Assembly: GCF_009914755.1 (NCBI RefSeq)
Contig: NC_060937.1
From: the human T2T-CHM13v2.0 reference genome, Homo sapiens
Strand: one strand, 5' to 3'
Length of the DNA: 64,000 bases
The notes under the pieces are model-generated. The model did no database searches. It had not been told where the DNA came from and was given only the letters and a program-made list of their open reading frames with translations. The position numbers and the translations under genes are program-made. Shown here piece by piece: positions 11,955 to 22,050 of this stretch; the first letter of the stretch is position 1; every line of letters begins with the position of its first letter.

Positions 11955-12718
11955 TGAGAGACAGGACTAGCTCGATTTCCCAGGTCGACTAAGAATCCCT
12001 AAGCCTAGCTGGAAAGGTGACCGCTTCCACCTTTAAAGATGGGCTTGCAACTTAGCTCACACCTGACTAATCAGATAGTAAGGAGAGCTCACTAAAATGC
12101 TAATTAGGCAACAACAGGAGGTAAAGAAATAGCCAATCATCTGTTTCCTGAGAGCACAGCGGGAGGGACAAGGATCTGGATATAAACCCAGGCATTTGAG
12201 CTGGCAACAGCGACCCCCTTTGCATCCCCTCCTTGTATGTGAGCTCTGTTTTTACTCTATTTTACTCTATTAAATCTTGCAACTGCACTCTTCTGGTCCA
12301 TGTTTGTTATGGCTCAAGCTGAGTTTTTGCTCGCGTCCACCACTGCTGTTTTGCCGCCGTCGCTGACCCGCCGCTGACTTCCATCCCTCCAGATCCAGTA
12401 GGGTGCCGGCTGTGCTCCTAACCCAGGGAGGCGCCCATTGCCGCTCCCAATGGGGTTAAAGGCTTGCCATTGTTCCTGCAGGGCTAAGTGCCTGGGTTCG
12501 TCCTAATCGAGCTGAACACTAGTCACTGGGTTCCAGGGTTCTCTTCCGTGACCCACGACTTCTAATAGACCTATAACACTCACCACATGGCCCAAGATTC
12601 CATTCCTTGGAATCCGTGAGGCCAAGAAACCCAGGTCAGAGAACAGGAGGCTTGCCACCATCTTGGAAGTGGCCCACCACCATCTTGGGAGCTCTGGGAG
12701 CAAGGACCCCTGGTAACA
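11955..12718 (+). mobile_element. HERV-W solo LTR (LTR17), complete
   Basis: Starts TGAGAGACAGGACTAGCT and ends GGTAACA, 764 bp. 4-bp TSD CTTT at 11951-11954 and 12719-12722. Closely matches the HERV-W/ERVWE1 LTR as I recall it. Confidence 0.95.
12095..12275 (+). promoter_or_regulatory. LTR17 U3/R promoter elements
   Basis: Octamer-like ATGCTAAT near 12097, CCAAT near 12133, TATA box GATATAAA at 12179-12186 and poly(A) signal ATTAAA near 12268, in the canonical HERV-W order. Confidence 0.7.
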
Positions 12719-13849
12719 CTTTCAGATGTAAGTCTTCCTCAACTCAGAAATGTTTTCTTAAGAATATGGGAGCCATCTCTGAAAGGTAATCATCAAGAAA
12801 GATAGTCCCCAATCTCCTAGTCTCTGGAAGAGTTAGAAACTAACTTCAATAAGCACCATGTAGCAAATACTGATGGCCTCATCATATTCATCAACTTTCT
12901 CCACAACTTTTTCAACTTACTCATTATTTTTTCACTAGCTCACACAGGTGCTAAAACCTCTTCCATCTTTTATTTCAAAGAAGTAGATTACAAGTTGTCT
13001 CCCACATGGCAATAGTCTTGACCATTATTATAGAAAGTTCCTCGTTGTTTTTAACAAGTGTTCAGTGCAAATTTTTCTTTGTCAATGCATCGTTAGTCCA
13101 TTTACACATCCTTTAAAGAATGTATACTATGAAAATTAGTTTTAAGAACAATGGTATATTTAACAGAAACCAACACTGAAAAAAGATTTCCTCCCCTTGT
13201 GTTTAAGCCCCAGAGATACATATTTTGCCTTGTATTAAGATAGTTTTTGCTCCTTCTCTTACTACTCTATTACATTTTTGGCTATATGTAGATCTTGTCA
13301 ATAACAGCTATTAATTAGTTGTCGTGACTTGCAAAATCTCTGATTTGGATGAAATACAAGACATGAAGTTTTGAAAAAGAAGCTCAAGAATCATCCAGTA
13401 AGTGTCAAATAAGCTGAATATTTCTGGCAAAATACAAAAATATGCATATTACAGTATTAATAAAAATATTTTGATTCCTCTCTCTGTAGGCCCAATAATA
13501 TAATTTCCTGATTAATTGTGACAGACCCAGAAATATGGAGAATTTTCCACCATGGTTCTAAGATGTTCCTCTTTATCCATCTTGGTAAAATCCAAATTGC
13601 CCAAATAATGGTTGGCAATCAGCAAATCAGAAAGAAGAAGGTCTTCCTCTCTGTGAAACTTGTGTGACACCCTCCAATCTGCCTTAGTAAAGCCCCCAAA
13701 ACCATTCCTTCCTCCTTTTCTAAGTTAGAATGCTCTTTAAAAGCCTTGTCATATGGGATGTTTTTGAATAAAAGTTAATTCTAGTAGTCCTCTATTTGAT
13801 TTTCTTCCATAAGAGGTATTTCTGTGTATTAAATCATTCTTGTGAACTT

Positions 13850-13950
13850 TGTGTGTGTGTGTCTGTGTGTGTATGTGTGTGTATATATATATACATATAT
13901 ATAGTTTTACATATATATAGTTTTACATATATATAGTTTTACATATATAA
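13850..13950. repeat. (TG)n + (TA)n microsatellite followed by 3 copies of the 16-bp unit ACATATATATAGTTTT
   Basis: Seen directly. Confidence 0.9.
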
Positions 13951-16453
13951 TATTTGATGGTATTTTGTTATGGGGTAAAAAAATATATTGCATTGAAGTA
14001 TAAATGAATTTACCTTTCCACACATAAGATAAAGAATGTTGAAAAAGAAATTACTCTTGCCTACTAGTTCCTAAGTGTTTTTCAGTACAATAATCGCAAG
14101 GGAGATTTTGATCAGATAAGTTTGAGAAATGTTGCAGACTGAACACCAGGAATGCTAATGCTGCCATGTTATAGCACATGCAGAGTATGGTGCTATTTGT
14201 TTGCCACAGCAGTTTTAGCTGAAGCAAATATGAAGTTCAAGGCCACAGCAGCTAGGTAGAACCAGTCCAGACTTGTAAAGGCCCCAGAGCTCAAGCCACC
14301 TCATCATGTCCGAGGCCCAAGTTGTGCAAAACTCTGATCCAGGCTCCTCAGAGAGATTCACAAATTATATTACTCTACTAAAAGTTTGGGTAAATTCTAC
14401 TCTTAGGGAAACTGGTTAATCCTTTTGGTTGTTATGTGTTTTGCTGTTTTTCTTTTTAATGTCAGCATATGTTGAAAAAGTGTTTTGTTTTAATAAAACC
14501 TGTTCTGGGAAAATATTTTAGAAATATTATTCTAAGGCAAATTACCTTTATCTACAAGCTATCATCTTTATTCCTAACAAATAGTAAGGAAAGAAAATAT
14601 AAATCAGAAATTATAGAAATATCTTCAAATATAGGAAACTATTTCTCAATCATAAATGATGAAAATTTTTCGAATCTACAAAGGACATTGAGGCAACTAT
14701 AGCAAATTTAACCATGTCAAAGATATAGAAGCATGGTTTTAAAATAGTTTTTTTATAAGTCCTTTTTCTTTGAAACTTTCTATCTTTTCTTCTCTTTCAG
14801 AATACTGTGTTTTATCTCTAATGGATCCTTATTATATCCCTTACAATTCCCTCTGCATTCCAGATATTACGCAGTGGATAAAAGTGCATATTGGTGTGTT
14901 GAATATTTTTCACCTTCTAGAGGACAATATTTAATGTTAATTTACAGTATTTTGTTATAAAAAATTTATTTTTTAAAATGAATATATGATCACTATGGAG
15001 AATTATTTGATCCATATTTATATCTGTAAAATTTTATAATCAATGTTTTTAGTGCAATTATATTTAACTCACCATTTGTGCTCGTAAAAATAATATGCAA
15101 AAATTTACAAATGTTATTTGCTTTACATGAGTTCCTACCATTTAGCTAAATAAAACCTTTCAATTGAGCTTAAATGGAGACATTTTTCAGTGACATAAAT
15201 AATACTTTAAACGTTCACAGTTCTGCTAAGATTACCATAGAAATAATACATAAAAAAGAGTGACTTGCTTTAACAGAACACTTGCAAGTGAAATAAGATT
15301 TTAGAGCAGAGTATTGCTAGAGTAGTTATTAAAAGACATCGAAGCAAAACCAAATAGGAAGAATTTATGCTCTTGAGTGCTTTGCTGAAATCCTTTCAGT
15401 CACGTTGAAGCAAGACTGAGTCTGTGCTTTTTCAGTTTTGTGTGTCAGGTAAAACATAGCAGGGGGTGAAATGAATTCATCTTTCTGTCTTCAAGTAAAC
15501 TAAAAGCAATTTTTGTCTTCCCATGTGGTCACTTGAGGTGCTTGTCATGTTCAAGCTAATGATATCAGGCATCCTCAGGTTGTTTAAGTATTCATGAAGT
15601 AATTAAATTCTCATTAACATATAAATAAAAGAAAACTGAAAACAAGTTTAGCAGGCACCTAACATCTGTTCTAATGCTTTTAAGTATTAAAATGTGCCAC
15701 ACACAGAAGGAGAAGTGCATTCTTTTCAGGGAAGTATTTTGCATAGATTATTTATAGAAACTGTAATTAAACTGATTTGGCATATTAAAGAAAGTTAACA
15801 GGAGCACATTATTTAGATAGTTTGTTGGAGTCTGTCACTTAAATAAGGCATTAAAAATAGAAATGGGAAAAGTAAAATTAAGTTTTGTTTTACATTTCAG
15901 AAATATTGTAAGAGTAATTGAAATTTATTTTCATTCAAAAATGAGATGAGATGGTTAAATTTTAGTCTATGCAGGTATATATCCAACCTTGCAGCTGCAC
16001 CCAAAAGTTTGTTTCATTGCAAATTTTATAAAATGGTTTTGGTACTTGTCCAAACATTTCACTTAAACCCCTAAATTTACCTTAATCACATGTACAGATG
16101 ATTTTCTCTTAAGTGCTTTTTAGATATGGTTTTGTCAAATGGTAAAATAGAATGTATTAAAGAGAATCTGGATTTCATTATTAGCCTTCTCGTTTCATGC
16201 TATTTTCCACTTACGTTAGATCCTTTCATGCTATGTATTGATTGTTATAATGACAAATTTCTCAAATATTTTGCTGTTTTCCAATCATCTCAATAAAATT
16301 TGCTATTCAATAAAATAAATTCACTTATTTTACAAAGAGTTGCATAGGGGTAAGAAAATTAATTTTTCCTTCAACTCTCATAGGTTCTTAGAAAGCACCC
16401 CTGTAATAAAAGACAGACTTAATGAGAGAAAGAAAACAAAACATGACCCATTT

Positions 16454-17757
16454 TGTTGCGTCTCAGAAAATAATACCCACAAAGTTTGTTGCTTTGGTAT
16501 GCTGAACACCTAAAACTTCTATAGGGAGGCTTTGGAATTGGCCTGGAACTCGAAAACTTTCTGACCTTTCCTGTTTTCCTCCCACCCCCCAGCAGGGGGA
16601 GTTTTTCTCTGAAATTTCCTTACTACTTTAAAACCATACCTACCACCAAAAACACAATTGCCTTTTGCCCCCTCCCTGAAATGTCACTATTTCAGGTAGA
16701 AGAATGAGAAATGTAATCACACCTGGACAGTTTGTCACAAGATATTGCCTGTATCTCAGACTCATTTAAATTCCAGAGAATCATTTAAAACATAATGTCT
16801 GCTTCCTGGGTCCATTTATTTTCCCTAAAAGTTTCTTTCCCCTCTAAAATTGCTTACAGTTCCCCACTTGCCTCTCCCCTGTGACAAGAGTGAAACTGCC
16901 TTTGCAAAATTATAGCTAAGGAAATTATGACAGTGAAAGATATCAGACTTAACCAATTCCATCTTGCTTGTAACTTCTAAACTGTCCTTATCCATTCTTG
17001 GGTGTAGGTCAAACTAGGCTTGGGAAGGAATTTAGTTCATACTTTAAATAATAGTCCTTCCCAAAAGCTAAACCGTTCTTGTAAAATGAACGAAAGGCCA
17101 CCAGCTGCAAAGTAAGGATGAGAGGGACTGCAATTCTAACTATTACTAACCATTATTCCAGAGGTCATAATATGTGCAACTTCTCCAATTACTGTTGAGA
17201 ATAACATCACTACTATGAACTTAAGATTGGCCTGTCAAGATGTCTTTGCCAGTTTTTGCATTTCTGACAACCAGATGGCCCCACCTGGACCTGCCAACCA
17301 GTTCTGTGGCCCCCACCCAGGAACTGATTCAACATAAGAGGATAGCTTTGATTCCCTATGACTTCATACCCGAGCCAACCAATGAGCTCTCCTGACTCAC
17401 TGGTGCCCTACCCACTTGATCTCTGAGTTTTCAGGGAGACTGATTTGAGGAATAATAAAATTCTGGTCTCTCACACAGCCAGCTCTGCATAAATTGCTTT
17501 TTCTCTATTGCAGTTCCCTTGTCCTGATAAATTGGCTCTGTCTAGGCAGGGAGCAAGGTGAACCCATTGGGCAGCTATAAGAGTGGTTAAGCTTCAATTA
17601 ACTGGCCCTATTTCCACTCTCATATTTTGTGTGGCTCCTGTGCTTAAGTATGTTAATACATTTTTACACCTTTTCACCTGTTGATCTGCCTATTGTCAGT
17701 TTATTTCAGCAAACTCAATCACTCATAGGGAGAGGAAAAATTCTCTTCACCTGTATA
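16454..17757 (+). mobile_element. MER39/MER34-group LTR split by LTR8
   Basis: Starts 'tgttgcgtctcagaaaataatacccacaaag...ggtatgctgaa'. The 3' part 'tatgttaatacattttt...cctgttgatctgcctattgtcagtttatttcagcaaac' follows LTR8. Confidence 0.65.
16891..17579 (+). mobile_element. LTR8 (HUERS-P1-type) solo LTR
   Basis: Starts 'tgaaactgcctttgcaaaattatagctaaggaaattatgacagtgaaaga' and ends 'gcaaggtgaacccattgggcagctata'. 4-bp TSD AGAG at 16887-16890 and 17580-17583. Confidence 0.9.
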
Positions 17758-18059
17758 ATATGTACATTTCATATATACAGAGGAGACACCCAGGGAATGA
17801 GGAGTTACCAAAGAGGTAGTTTTGAATTCCAATTTATACAGCATTGTCAACCTTTGTTCTTTAACAGTAAATTTTTACAGAAGTGACAAGACAAAAAGAG
17901 AGGACTTGTAACTTTTGAGAAGGCCAACAAATGGCAGGTAAAGGCTAGTTACTAAAGCCTAGTAATGTAGATTTTGCTAGTCTCTTTTTCTTGTCTCTTT
18001 TTCAGATGATAAGCATCTAAAGCTGTTTTCAGTAGTTAAGATTTGTTCTCCCTTCTAGG

Positions 18060-18506
18060 GAGAACTTTAAATTATTTGAGCCTCGAGAGGAACGTGACGC
18101 TGTGGCTTGAGTCACGTGACATGTTGTTGCAAATTCTCCTTTAACTTCCTTTCTTATTCTTGTATTGTAGATGATTAAGAAAGACTTAAAAGCACCATGG
18201 AAAAGAGCCCCCATGGGTCTAATACCCCTTTTTAAGTAATGTTAAAGCAATCTTACTTGTGATGTAGCAAACTGTAATCAATTAAATCACTATGATGTAT
18301 GTATTGGCCTTGTGTGGAAAATGCCGCAACTCTGTTAAATTTATCTATCTCTGCCTATGTAAGTGAAACTATAACTTTCCCACTTTGGAGCACTGACCCC
18401 CATTCTTTTAGAGTCTTTGTTACCCAAGCGGAGATCCTCAAGTTTTGAACTTGAATAAACTCTCTACTTAATCATATTTTCTAAATCTCATTGTTGAAAG
18501 TTGACA
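18060..18506 (+). mobile_element. MER4-group ERV1 LTR (subfamily not determined) inserted in the MER34-like host
   Basis: LTR-like 3' part ('ttggagcactgacccccattctttagagtc...cctcaagttttgaacttgAATAAActct...gttgaca'). Host sequence resumes after it. Confidence 0.6.
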
Positions 18507-19214
18507 TCCTTCATTTAGGCAAATAGGAGGGTAGAGACCTTTCCTGCATCTGCTTATTCTTAATTGTCTTCGACTCAACAATACTTCATATTTGGGGGTG
18601 GCATACTCTGGTCTTCAACAGTTGTTAAAATCTGTGTTTACCAAAAGTAAGAGTCAAAGAAAAAAAATCATAATACTGTAAACAAAGTTTAAGTGAAAAT
18701 ACTTACAATTTCTATGATTCTAAATGGAACACGAAACTTGAAATCCATTCTAATATTAACTGTCATGTCCTATTTCTGCATTTAAATTTTGCATTTTTAT
18801 TGTAAACATCTACAATTTTGTTTATGGTTGGAGTAATATAAACCAGATATTTTGCAAAATAAAATAAGATTATGTTCCAGAGAAAAAAATAAAAATAAAA
18901 TAAACAAAATGAAACAAAAAACTAGATCACATTTTAGTGGGCTATAGTCACCATACTATTTTTTTTTCTTTTTTAGTACAGGAAAATAAGACAAGCTAAA
19001 TGTGACTAAGTAATTTTTTTTTTTGGTAGAGAAGATATTAATGCTGCTATTTTAGCCTATTCATATGCAGAAAATTATTATAGCTAGTTATAGCTAGATA
19101 ATTTCTATTATCCTTAAAATACCACAATATTGTGTAAAATGTACTGTTGTAAACATCAATGGCATTTTAAATGAAGTATTATATTTCTCTTGAAATTTTA
19201 ATTTTTTTCTTCAA

Positions 19215-19397
19215 GTGGCGAAGATTTTTTGCTCAACCCAATGTTAGTCAGCCTCGTGAATTTTCTCCTAAGCTCATCCATGTGTGTACCTCCTAGTAAA
19301 ATTATCTTGTATCAAGAACTCTGCTAAATCGGTTTAATAACAACCCCCCCACATCCTTCATATCTGATCACCCTCATCCTCTATTATCTTCCAGATG
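19215..19397 (+). mobile_element. MER31-like LTR 5' fragment
   Basis: 'ttagtcagcctc...caagaactctgctaaatcggtttaa...atatctgatcaccctcatcctc' is similar to the 10715-11232 element. Confidence 0.55.
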
Positions 19398-19718
19398 AGT
19401 CCACATTCAAGCTTGTGGACTCAAGATCACAATTGGCAGTAGCTCACCAGTTTTGGGATAGCAAACCATTTCTCTTTTTCTTTCCCAGCCATCACTGTTT
19501 TACTGTCCTGATTTTCAGTGAATTTGTAACCAACTCCCTGTTTTAAGTGTTTCCAGATGAGATCTCTAACATAGCTTCTGTTTTCCTGACAAGACCTAAA
19601 TATTAAAATTGCCAGTTGGTTTTTATCTTCATAACTTGCTTAGATTTTCCTTTCTCTAGAATATTATTTTCTCTCTGATTTTAAATTTCAGAGTAGCTTC
19701 GAGGCCTCTGACACTATT

Positions 19719-19745
19719 TGTGTGTGTGTGTGTGTGTGTGTGTGT
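19719..19745. repeat. (TG)n microsatellite
   Basis: Seen directly. Confidence 0.95.
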
Positions 19746-20149
19746 TTCTTCATCACTCCTTATAGATCACATGAACATTTGTTCCTCCAATTAACAGTTA
19801 TTTACTATAAGACTTCACAAATTAAAACACATCGTACACAGATAAACAAATAAAATATGTCTTTTTGATTCCTAAAATTGTTTGGATGGATTCTCTGTAT
19901 AGCAGTGGAGAAGAACAAAATGCTGCCCAGATCCTGGAAGCTTAATGTGGTACAATTATTCAAACAGTTCTTTAGGTAAAATTCTCAGATTTTCCTCTCT
20001 GAGCCCTCTCTCATCACTCTTTATCCAAAATGTTGTTTGGGAATTGGTGTAGTAAGTCCTCAAAAATCATATGTGGATTGAGGAGACACAGATATTGAAA
20101 TCCACACAGTATTCTCAGTAACAACACTCCACGCCCCACCCTGGGTCTC

Positions 20150-20795
20150 TGTTCTAATGTGATTTTAACCTGCCCCTGGGATGGGGGCCTGAGGTAAGGC
20201 AGATTCCATCCTTGAGAATTTTGCTGCCTACTGTTGCTAAAATCTTAGGATGGTTTACTTTAAGTCCTGTCTCCCTTACGATAGGAATGTCTTAGCTTCT
20301 TTTCTGGAAAACATAGCCCTTTCTTGATTCTCACTAGAAACCCATCTGCTTCTTTCCTTGTCCTCCATTTGGCATAAGAACTGAAACCAACATGATTTGA
20401 CTGTCCCGATTTTACACAATAGTGAGAATAAGCAAAAGAAACTTAGTTACTGTCTCCAGGAAATAATTGCTTCTGAATAATAACACTGCGAACCACCTCA
20501 AATAGTTTATTACGAACAGTTCGTCAGGATTTGCTTCAAGATTCTTACGTCAGGGTGTTCACTTTATTCACCAATTCAAAACTATTATATCATAATATGT
20601 CTCCTCCTAAGTCCAAATAAAATATTTTCCCATGAATTTTTTCTTTTTGAGATAGTAATAAGACTCTGTCAAATTGATATTTTCTCTTACCACATTAAAT
20701 CTAAGAACTTAGCTATGGGTGATCAAGTTTTATTTGTTTGCATTTGTTTTTGTTTTTGTTTTCCTAGTGGTTTTTCAAGGACTCAACAGTTGACT
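20150..20795 (+). mobile_element. Old ERV1 LTR (MER110/MER90-like)
   Basis: The 3' part 'gagatagtaataagactctgtcaaattgatattttctcttaccacattaaatctaagaacttagct...gatcaag' resembles this group. The 5' boundary is uncertain. Confidence 0.4.
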
Positions 20796-21374
20796 GGCAG
20801 TTGGTTCAGGCTACCCCTTCTTACCTTGACAGATTCCTTGATATGCCCACTGAGTCCCTACCTTCGTGCTCTCTACATACCCTCTGCAGGGAATTCAGCT
20901 TCCCATAAACTACAAGCAAGAAGCGAAAGAGACTTTAGAAAGCTAAACTCTGGCCTTCCTCCTGTCTACCCACTTTCCACCAACAAGCTTAGTTTAAAAC
21001 AGCCACACTTTAATTGTCAGGGACAGCTTGTAAGTCCATTGTTATTCAAAGTCCCAAACATTTAGATGGGAAAAGCCCATTCTCCTTAGAAAATCTCCCA
21101 AACCACCTCACAAGTCTCCTTACTTTGGTCCAAAACTCAGAGAGTGGTCACATTAGGAATCATATTGCAATTTCTTAATTATCTTTTTTTTTTCCTAATA
21201 GTCTCAATGATTAGAGATAAAGATAATTTTCTATTTCTTCTTTCTTTGTGATTTTCTTTAGAGAAAACTGCCTAATTGACCTGTTCAATCATTTGATAAG
21301 TTCAAGGGAAAGTTTTTGCAGTAAAAAGCTCAACTTTGAGAGTGAGGATTGATCAATGGCGTCTTTTCCTAGAC

Positions 21375-21559
21375 CAGTGGCTCTCAACCAGAGACAATAT
21401 TGATGCCTGCAGATCTTTGGCTTGCGGAGACATTTCAATTGCCATGATCTGGAAGACATTATGGACATCTCCTGCTAAATGTCCTTCAATGCACAGCATG
21501 GTCACCAAAAACAAAGAATTATTCAGCACATGTTAATAGTGCTAAGGTTAATAGTTCTG
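21375..21559 (+). mobile_element. MER20 hAT-Charlie DNA transposon (MITE)
   Basis: Starts 'cagtggctctcaacc', contains 'ctgctaaatgtccttcaatgcacag...aacaaagaattattcagc...aatagtgctaaggtt'. hAT-type 8-bp TSD tcctagac / ttctagac. Confidence 0.85.
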
Positions 21560-21799
21560 TTCTAGACAATATTACCACCCTTTTTTTTCTACAATAAATC
21601 ATAAATAAATAAATGCATTTATATATAGTAATAACTTTTTTTACTTTACAGACAATGAGTGTTTCTTTGTTTATTCATTATTCAAGTATGTATGCACACA
21701 TTCCTATTTAGTGCTGTTGAAACATCTAGGTATCAAGATGATTACAATGCATTACTCTTTGCAGAAGTAATTCCAAAGAATCAGACTCTTAATTTGCAA

Positions 21800-22050
21800 T
21801 GCAATTTAATAAATATTTATTGTACATCTATTATGTTTAAGCATTCCTGGAGGATACAAATACGTCTAAATGAGAGTTTCTTTTAATCCAGGGGCTTAAC
21901 AAATAAGACCTACTCCACTCAGAACTATAATTAGGGTTAAAAAAAGAACTTTGAAAGGAGAGGGAAGTAACAGATTAATTCCTGTTAAGGAGTTGTAGGA
22001 AGGCCTTATTTAATCAGGAGAATATAAGCATATTGGGAAATAATAAGCAA
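21800..22050 (-). mobile_element. L2 3' end fragment
   Basis: 'atttaataaatatttattgtacatctattatgtttaagcattcctggaggatacaaa' resembles the antisense L2 terminus. Confidence 0.5.

Larger units (their letters stand above)
11825..13085 (+). mobile_element. ERV1 LTR (MER67-like) split by the LTR17 insertion
   Basis: 'ttagaaaacttgctattgcagactctttctctgccc[cttt]' continues after LTR17 as '[cttt]cagatgtaagtcttc...gggagccatctctgaaaggtaatcatcaagaaagatag'. Confidence 0.75.
16341..18620 (-). mobile_element. MER34-like LTR, outer host of a nest (pieces at about 16341-16453, 17758-18060 and 18507-18620)
   Basis: The reverse strand starts 'tgttgaagaccagagtatgccacccccaaatatgaag...gaagacaattaagaataagcagatgcaggaaagg'. 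The other end reads 'cacccctgtaataaaagacagacttaatgagagaaa'. Confidence 0.65.

Noticed and set aside
12503-12789. ORFs in LTR17 as HERV-W coding sequence
   Set aside because: They lie in U5 of a solo LTR. No PBS, gag, pol or env follows because the TSD comes right after the LTR.
20715-21065. 116-aa ORF (likewise 30301-30666 and 37946-38299)
   Set aside because: No recognisable domain or exon structure. They overlap low-complexity or degraded repeat sequence, and their lengths are compatible with chance.
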